From the NCBI GenBank assembly GCA_963664115.2, contig CAXWPJ010000004.1:1-64000 (forward strand): a DNA stretch of 64,000 nt. Direction: 5' to 3'. Shown here one piece after another: positions 58,307 through 64,000 of the stretch. The position numbers and the translations under genes are program-made. The notes beneath the pieces were generated by a model. It was given only the letters and a program-made list of their open reading frames with translations. It was not told the origin of the DNA and made no database searches. This DNA comes from Terriglobia bacterium. Lineage in GTDB: Bacteria; Acidobacteriota; Terriglobia; 20CM-2-55-15. Each line of letters starts with the position of its first letter. Position 1 is the first letter of the stretch.

Positions 58307-60799
58307 ATGAACAGAGATTTGGATGCCCTGCGAATCGCACAGGATCCGGCGTATGCGGCCAGCCTTTCCGATGACGAATGGAATAGTTTGTCGACGAATC
58401 CGGAGTGGAACGAACTCATCGGCGAATACCCGGAGTTGGTCGAACCCGTGATCGAGCAATATGCGGGAGCCCTGAACGTTCCATCGCCCCGGACGCCACC
58501 ACCACCGCCACCCCCCCAGGCGGGGGCGGCACAGGATTTCCAGGTGATCGGACGACGAATACCCCGCCTCCATGGCTTGGGTGTCGTTACCGAACTCGGG
58601 AAATACGTCCAGCATATGCAGATGCCCGGAACGCTCTACACTCGAACGCTCCGGAGCCGCTATCCCCACGCCAGGATCGCCGCTGTCCGGACCGACCGGG
58701 CGGAACAGATCCCAGGCGTCGTTGCTGTCCTGCACCGTTTCAATCTGCCACCGGAGTATTCCGACGTCCGTCTGGGTGGCAGCCCGCCGGAACGTTACCT
58801 GTTCAACGAAGAAGTTTTTCAGGTCGGGGCGCCGATCGCGGTTGTCGCGGCAGAAAGCGAGCATATCGCCGACGAAGCGATCCGGGAGATCGACGTAGAT
58901 TACGAGGTTCTTCCCGCCATGCTGGGCATGATGGAAGGGACCAGCCCTTTTGCCTTGCAGCAGTGGGATAACGCCGAAGACGGCACGATCATATCGGTCA
59001 CGCCGGCGCTGCTGCGGGGGGACCCCGATGGCGCTCGGGCCGATACAACGCTGAACGCGGTTATCGAGAAATCCACAGAACAGCATTTGGCGTTGGAAAT
59101 GACGAACTCCCTGATGTATTGGGATCAGGACCGTCTCATCGTGTACTACACCACGCAGCATGCGCACGGGGCCCGCGCCGGTCTTTCCCGGGCTCTGAAG
59201 ATTCCCGTCAACCACATCCGCGTCATCCAGCCCGGCTACATGGGTTCGGGGTACGGCTATCGTGCGGGGGTTGACCTCAGCGAAGTCCATACGGCCATTT
59301 TGTCCAGGATCACGGGTCGTCCGGTAAAGACAATGTACACACGCGAAGAGGACTTCATCACGCGGACGCATCGGCCGCAGTTCCGTAACGAAATGCGGAT
59401 GGGCGTGAACCGGGACGGGACAATCCAATCCGGACAATTCCGCGTTTACGCGAACGTCGGTGCTCAGAGAGGCGGGGGCGCAAACGGTGCCTGGTATGGG
59501 ATGCAGCATCTCTACAACATCCCGAACCTCCGGCTCGAAGCGACTGACGTGTTTACCAACAGCTTCAGGTCCGGTCCCTACCGATGCGTCAGCCATCCCA
59601 ACGGAACATTTGCGTTGGAGATGATGGTCGAGCGTGCGGCGGACGCAATCGGCATGGATCCGGTCGATTTCCGGCTCCTGAACCTGAATGAAACCGGAAA
59701 CCCCGATACGGGCAGACCCTTCAGCAATCCAGGTATTCGCGACTGCATCACCTCTGTCAGAGACCGCATCGGATGGCAGCAAACCTGGCACCCGTCCCGC
59801 GCGCGGGAGCTCAGCCCAGGTATCTACCACGGCATTGGTATCGCCGCGCATTGCTGCAGTCACGGCGGTGGAACCAATCCGGCCACAGGTCAGGTCATTG
59901 TGAATACGGACGGCAGCGTTCAATGTGTCTCGGGCTCGACTGAAATCGGACCGGGACAGCGGACCCAAATGGCCATGATCGCGGCCGAGGCGCTCGGCGT
60001 TCCGTTCGAGACCGTCAGTATCGCGACCTATGTCGATACGGACAACACGACCGACACTGGAAGTTCGACCGGAAGTCGACAGACCAATACCGGCGGTCGC
60101 GGCATGTATGAAGCGGCCATCGACGCCAAGAACCAAATCCTCAGGTACGCTGCCGACCGGCTCGTCAGCGATGCCGCCCGTCGCAACGAGCAGATCCAGG
60201 TCAGCCCGGACGATCTCGACATTCGCGACGGACAGGTCTTCATGACGGCGGACCCGTCCACGAGCCTGGCAATGAGCGCAGTCGTCCAGAGCGCCGGTTT
60301 CTCGATTCTGGGACGGGCGGTTTACAGACAGGACACCGACTGGCAGCGCACCGCGTGGGCGTCGCACGCTGTCGAAGTCGAGGTCGATACGCTGACGGGC
60401 ACCGTGACGGTTACCCGTTACGTGGCGGGTCACGACGTGGGACGGGCGATCAATCCCTTTGCGCTTGAGCAGCAGATTGAAGGGGGCGTCGTCATGGCGC
60501 TGGGTGCCGTTCTCGGGGAGGAACTGCTCGTAGATACATCGACGGGCATTCCGGTGAACCCCAACATGCTGGACTACAGGGCACCGAGTATTCTGGACGT
60601 ACCGGACGAGATCGAAGTCATTCTGATCGAGCATCCCAAGGCATACGGAGTGTTCGGCGCGCACGGAATAGGCGAGCCACCGATGGCGCCTGGGGCTCCG
60701 GCGGTGGCCGCGGCCGTCTATAACGCGGTCGGTGTGTGGATGGACAGCATGCCGCTTTCGCGCGACAAACTACTGACCGAACTCAGGAACGTGAGGTAA
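58307..60799 (+). CDS. Xanthine dehydrogenase-family molybdopterin-binding subunit
   Basis: LRS.YPHARI, MG.GYG, GRPVK....REE, EIG.G..T, EVEVD..TG, D.GRAINP...QIEGG, GA.GIGEP. Confidence 0.92.
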   Translation: MNRDLDALRIAQDPAYAASLSDDEWNSLSTNPEWNELIGEYPELVEPVIEQYAGALNVPSPRTPPPPPPPQAGAAQDFQVIGRRIPRLHGLGVVTELGKYVQHMQMPGTLYTRTLRSRYPHARIAAVRTDRAEQIPGVVAVLHRFNLPPEYSDVRLGGSPPERYLFNEEVFQVGAPIAVVAAESEHIADEAIREIDVDYEVLPAMLGMMEGTSPFALQQWDNAEDGTIISVTPALLRGDPDGARADTTLNAVIEKSTEQHLALEMTNSLMYWDQDRLIVYYTTQHAHGARAGLSRALKIPVNHIRVIQPGYMGSGYGYRAGVDLSEVHTAILSRITGRPVKTMYTREEDFITRTHRPQFRNEMRMGVNRDGTIQSGQFRVYANVGAQRGGGANGAWYGMQHLYNIPNLRLEATDVFTNSFRSGPYRCVSHPNGTFALEMMVERAADAIGMDPVDFRLLNLNETGNPDTGRPFSNPGIRDCITSVRDRIGWQQTWHPSRARELSPGIYHGIGIAAHCCSHGGGTNPATGQVIVNTDGSVQCVSGSTEIGPGQRTQMAMIAAEALGVPFETVSIATYVDTDNTTDTGSSTGSRQTNTGGRGMYEAAIDAKNQILRYAADRLVSDAARRNEQIQVSPDDLDIRDGQVFMTADPSTSLAMSAVVQSAGFSILGRAVYRQDTDWQRTAWASHAVEVEVDTLTGTVTVTRYVAGHDVGRAINPFALEQQIEGGVVMALGAVLGEELLVDTSTGIPVNPNMLDYRAPSILDVPDEIEVILIEHPKAYGVFGAHGIGEPPMAPGAPAVAAAVYNAVGVWMDSMPLSRDKLLTELRNVR

Positions 60800-60804
60800 C
60801 AGCG

Positions 60805-61797
60805 ATGAATAGCTTTGAACTATACGAACCCACCAGTGTAAGCGAAGCCGTTGATACCTTGAACAGACTCGGTTCCAGGGGCAAGGTGCTGGCCGGCGGC
60901 AGTGATCTCGTGTCTGGTGTTATGAAAGACTGGGTCCAGGGAGATGGCATGCCGATGCCGGACGCCCTGGTCGACGTCACGATGATTCCACAGCTGAAAG
61001 GCATTACAGCCGACGCGGGTGGCGCCACTATTGGAGCCAACACGACACTGTCGGAGATCATCGAGTCTGAGGTTTTGAGAGAAACGTTTCCTCTTTTGAC
61101 GGAGGCGACGGAAAGCGTGGCTTCTCCGCTGATTCGGAATTTTGCAACGCTCGGCGGCAACATCAACCAGCGGCCGCGTTGCTGGTTCTTCAGAGGGCGG
61201 GAATTCAACTGCCTGAAGAAGGGTGGCGATATCTGTTATTCAGTGGGTGGCGACAATCGGTACCACGCGATCATCGGAAACGATCAGTGCTTCATCGTGC
61301 ATCCTTCAGACACGGCGATGGCCTTGCTGGCTCTCAACGCCCAGGCCACGATCGCGGGTCCCAACGGTGAACGCCAGGTGGCTTTCGACGACTACTTTGT
61401 CACTCCGAGAGAAAACATCCTGAAGGAGAACATCCTTGAGGAAAACGAGCTGATGGTCAACGTGTTTATTCCGACCCCGGCACCGGGTACACGGCAGGCG
61501 TGGTCGAAACTGAAAAATCGTCAGGTTTACGACTTTGCCATCATTTCGGTTGCCACTGCGTTTACCGAGGCAGGCGGCACCTGGAACGACGGTCGCCTGG
61601 TCCTCGGCGGTGTGGCACCCGTGCCCTATCGGGCCACGGTGATCGAGAATCAACTTCAGGGCATGGATGTCACAAGCAATGCCAGGGCCGCGGCGGCACA
61701 GATCCGCACCGTGGCGCGTCCAATGAGCATGAACGCCTACAAGGTGGACGTGGCCCAGACCTTGGTGGAGCGCACGCTTCTGGCCGCAATGGCGTAG
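60805..61797 (+). CDS. Xanthine dehydrogenase-family FAD subunit (PaoB-like)
   Basis: LAGGSDL, IRN.ATLGGN..QRPRCW.FR...C.K.GG..C, C...HPSD, LGGVAP.P. Confidence 0.92.
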   Translation: MNSFELYEPTSVSEAVDTLNRLGSRGKVLAGGSDLVSGVMKDWVQGDGMPMPDALVDVTMIPQLKGITADAGGATIGANTTLSEIIESEVLRETFPLLTEATESVASPLIRNFATLGGNINQRPRCWFFRGREFNCLKKGGDICYSVGGDNRYHAIIGNDQCFIVHPSDTAMALLALNAQATIAGPNGERQVAFDDYFVTPRENILKENILEENELMVNVFIPTPAPGTRQAWSKLKNRQVYDFAIISVATAFTEAGGTWNDGRLVLGGVAPVPYRATVIENQLQGMDVTSNARAAAAQIRTVARPMSMNAYKVDVAQTLVERTLLAAMA

Positions 61798-62040
61798 TGG
61801 CCTGAGTTAAAAGTTCGCAACATAAGATTTCTCCCGATTGTCGAATCGGCCGACCATCCCTGTTGCGTTCAAGAAGAAGCTGCGCAGCCGAGGCGTTCAG
61901 AACAAGAAGAGAAACCGAACCACTGGTTGCGCCTTCATCTGCAGAGAGTCGCGGAACGAGTCAAACGCCCGAAGTATCAGCAAACATTTAGTAAGAAGTC
62001 CTTTGTTGAACTCCAGTGATTCTCAACGTCCGACAATGTC

Positions 62041-63289
62041 ATTCAGATCAACCGGTCGATGCAACACCTGCGTTTAATGTCTCTGCCGGATTAGCGAAGT
62101 CCAGCGTCTCACGGGGTCGCCCGTTGAGCTTCCTTGCGATCATATCCAAATGCTCCTGTGAGTGAACCGACAAATCCGTCCCTTTAGGAAAATACTGTCG
62201 GAGCAAACCGTTCGTGTTTTCGTTCGAACCCCGTTGCCAGGGACTCCTCGGATCGCAAAAGTAAACGGCAATGTCGGTGGCCAGAGTGAACCGTTTGTGA
62301 TTGGCCATTTCCAATCCGCGATCCCAGGTCAGTGTTTTATAGAGTTCGGTCGGGAGTTTGTCTGCGTGTTCGATCAGCGCGTTGATGACGGTTTCGGTTT
62401 CCTTATTCGGAACCTTCACCCGCATCACGTACCGGGAGAAACGTTCGACCAATGTCGCAATGTAGGTGTTGTTCGAACCCGCTATGAGATCCCCTTCCCA
62501 GTGTCCGGGGACCGCGCGATCTTCAACCGAAGCCGGGCGCTCACGGATCGATATCAGATCCGGGATCTGCCCGCCACCCCGGCCTTTGCGACTGGCATGC
62601 TGGGACCGGCGAATCGTGCGTTTGGTCCGTAGATGCTGTGTCAGTTCTTTCTTCAGAGCCCCGCGGGCCTGGATGAAAAGGCTGCGATAGATCGTTTCGT
62701 GTGACACGTAAAGTGACTCGTCGTCTGGATATTCGCGTTTCAGCCAACCCGCAATTTGTCGCGGTGCCCAATCCTCCCGGAGCTTCTCTTCGACGATCCC
62801 GCGTAAGCTGGGATAGCGGATCAGTCGACATCTCTTCGGGCGGTGAGCCCGTTCCCATGCGCGTTCATCCGCCTCCAACGCTCGATAGTTATCATAGCCC
62901 CCATTGCGACCGATCTCCCGACTGACTGTGGAGGGTGTACGCGACAGCGACTCGGCAATTGAACGGATCGATCCCTTGGCGGCAATGCCTCGGGAAATCT
63001 CTTCACGCTCGGCGAGGGTCAGCGCCCGCTTAGAGCGGCATCGTGTCCTGGGACAGATTCCACCATACGGTGCGATCTGACCATAAACCGAAGAGCCCTC
63101 CTTTCCGAACACACGTCCGATCGCTTTCAGACTCTCTCCCCGCTGCCAGCGAATCCACACCTCGTCTATATCGGCGAGTGTGTAGCCTCGCCGCACCCGG
63201 TCTTTACTCTGTTTCTTCCGTCGTTTCTTACGCATACACTCCACCTCCTCCTTTTAGGTACAGTGTTGCATCGATCTGTTGAGATCACC
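62041..63289 (-). mobile_element. IS30-family element
   Basis: Inverted ends tcaaccggtcgatgcaacac / gtgttgcatcgatctgttga; outermost bases at the 62041 end are degenerate. Confidence 0.8.
62048..63235 (-). CDS. IS30-family transposase
   Basis: LT..EREEI, R.PST.SREI.RN, SHETIY, GHWEGDL, TWD.G.E, PWQRG.NENTNGLLRQY.PKG. Confidence 0.95.
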   Translation of the reverse strand: MRKKRRKKQSKDRVRRGYTLADIDEVWIRWQRGESLKAIGRVFGKEGSSVYGQIAPYGGICPRTRCRSKRALTLAEREEISRGIAAKGSIRSIAESLSRTPSTVSREIGRNGGYDNYRALEADERAWERAHRPKRCRLIRYPSLRGIVEEKLREDWAPRQIAGWLKREYPDDESLYVSHETIYRSLFIQARGALKKELTQHLRTKRTIRRSQHASRKGRGGGQIPDLISIRERPASVEDRAVPGHWEGDLIAGSNNTYIATLVERFSRYVMRVKVPNKETETVINALIEHADKLPTELYKTLTWDRGLEMANHKRFTLATDIAVYFCDPRSPWQRGSNENTNGLLRQYFPKGTDLSVHSQEHLDMIARKLNGRPRETLDFANPAETLNAGVASTG

Positions 63290-63385
63290 TCGTTTAACAG
63301 GCGTTGAGAATTTGATAGCACCTAACCCACTCCTCTAGTATCTTTTACCGAGTTTTCACGGTTATTTCAGCGACACACTTTAAAC

Positions 63386-63482
63386 ATGGAATCTGGCACC
63401 AAACTCGGCCACTACGAGATCAGCACACTCCTTGGGAAGGGAGGCATGGGAGAAGTGTGGCGTGCGCGGGATACGAAACTAG
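63386..63482 (+). pseudogene. Eukaryote-like Ser/Thr protein kinase, N-terminus interrupted by IS701
   Basis: [32 protein letters not shown] ends at CTAG 63479-63482. Confidence 0.85.
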
Positions 63483-64000
63483 TACTACTGTGTTACAAAA
63501 TGACGAGCTTGTGTTAGCATTGGCACATGAGCGCCAAAACGAAGGCGCCAGGCACTCAGGAAGAACGTTTTGCGGCCTATATGGAACGCCTGGCGTCGGC
63601 CGCCGGACACGCCGACCGTCATGAACCGCTGAAGTGGTACTGCAAGGGATTGCTGCTGCCAATCAAGCGCAAGAGCGTGGAGCCGATGGCGGCGCGATTG
63701 GCTCCGGATAATGTGCGCCAAATGCATCAGTCGCTGCATCACCTGGTGGCGGATGCCCCCTGGGAGGATGCGGCCATATTGCGACAAGTCCGGGAGTCGA
63801 CGTTGCCGGGGATGGAAGCGCACGGTCCGATTGAATCGTGGATTGTCGACGACACCGGATTCGTGAAGAAGGGGACCCACTCGGTAGGTGTGGCCCGGCA
63901 ATACTGTGGACAGGTCGGCAAGCAGGAGAACTGCCGGGTGGCGGTCAGTCTGTCGGTAGCGACGGCGAAATCGAGTCTGCCCGTGGCATGGCGGCTGTAC
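63483..64000 (+). mobile_element. IS701-family element, partial; transposase starts at 63527 and runs off the window
   Basis: Y..GLL....RKS.EPMA, Q.LHH.V...W, IVDDTGF.KKG.HSVGV.RQYCG..GK..NC; not listed in the ORF track. Confidence 0.92.

Noticed and set aside
58202-60664. Long antisense ORFs (820 aa here; also 40006-41436, 49971-51143, 38697-39896)
   Set aside because: Shadow frames of well-supported genes in GC-rich DNA, with no motifs of their own.

Overview
About 58% GC bacterial DNA, most consistent with an Acidobacteriota-like genome (inference from Oar-type TonB-dependent receptors, DUF6152 pairs, DUF1549/DUF1553-DUF1501 genes, a short flagellin and a eukaryote-like Ser/Thr kinase). 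The window is a mobile-element-rich accessory region ending in a more housekeeping block (csp, queA, hsp20-clpB, FKBP, HMG-CoA lyase, CoA transferase, PaoABC-like molybdoenzyme). Mobile DNA includes two IS5, two IS1380, two IS256, IS30, IS701, several MITEs and a group II twintron. In the twintron, a second RT-encoding intron sits inside domain VI of an RmInt1-like intron, which is itself inserted antisense into a trypsin-like protease gene. The most unusual signals are (1) a 501-bp transposase-less IS1595-type cassette with an 8-bp target duplication and four NrdR-box-like sites, the outer two exactly 36 bp from each end; (2) the twintron, with EBS1 complementarity to the host intron's domain VI; and (3) a stand-alone Cas2/VapD-like gene with a candidate antisense small RNA and a degenerate NrdR-box pair next to an IS1-like remnant. 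Several genes carry small frameshifts that could be decay or sequencing error. No rRNA, tRNA or CRISPR array was seen. All family assignments come from motif recognition, not database searches.
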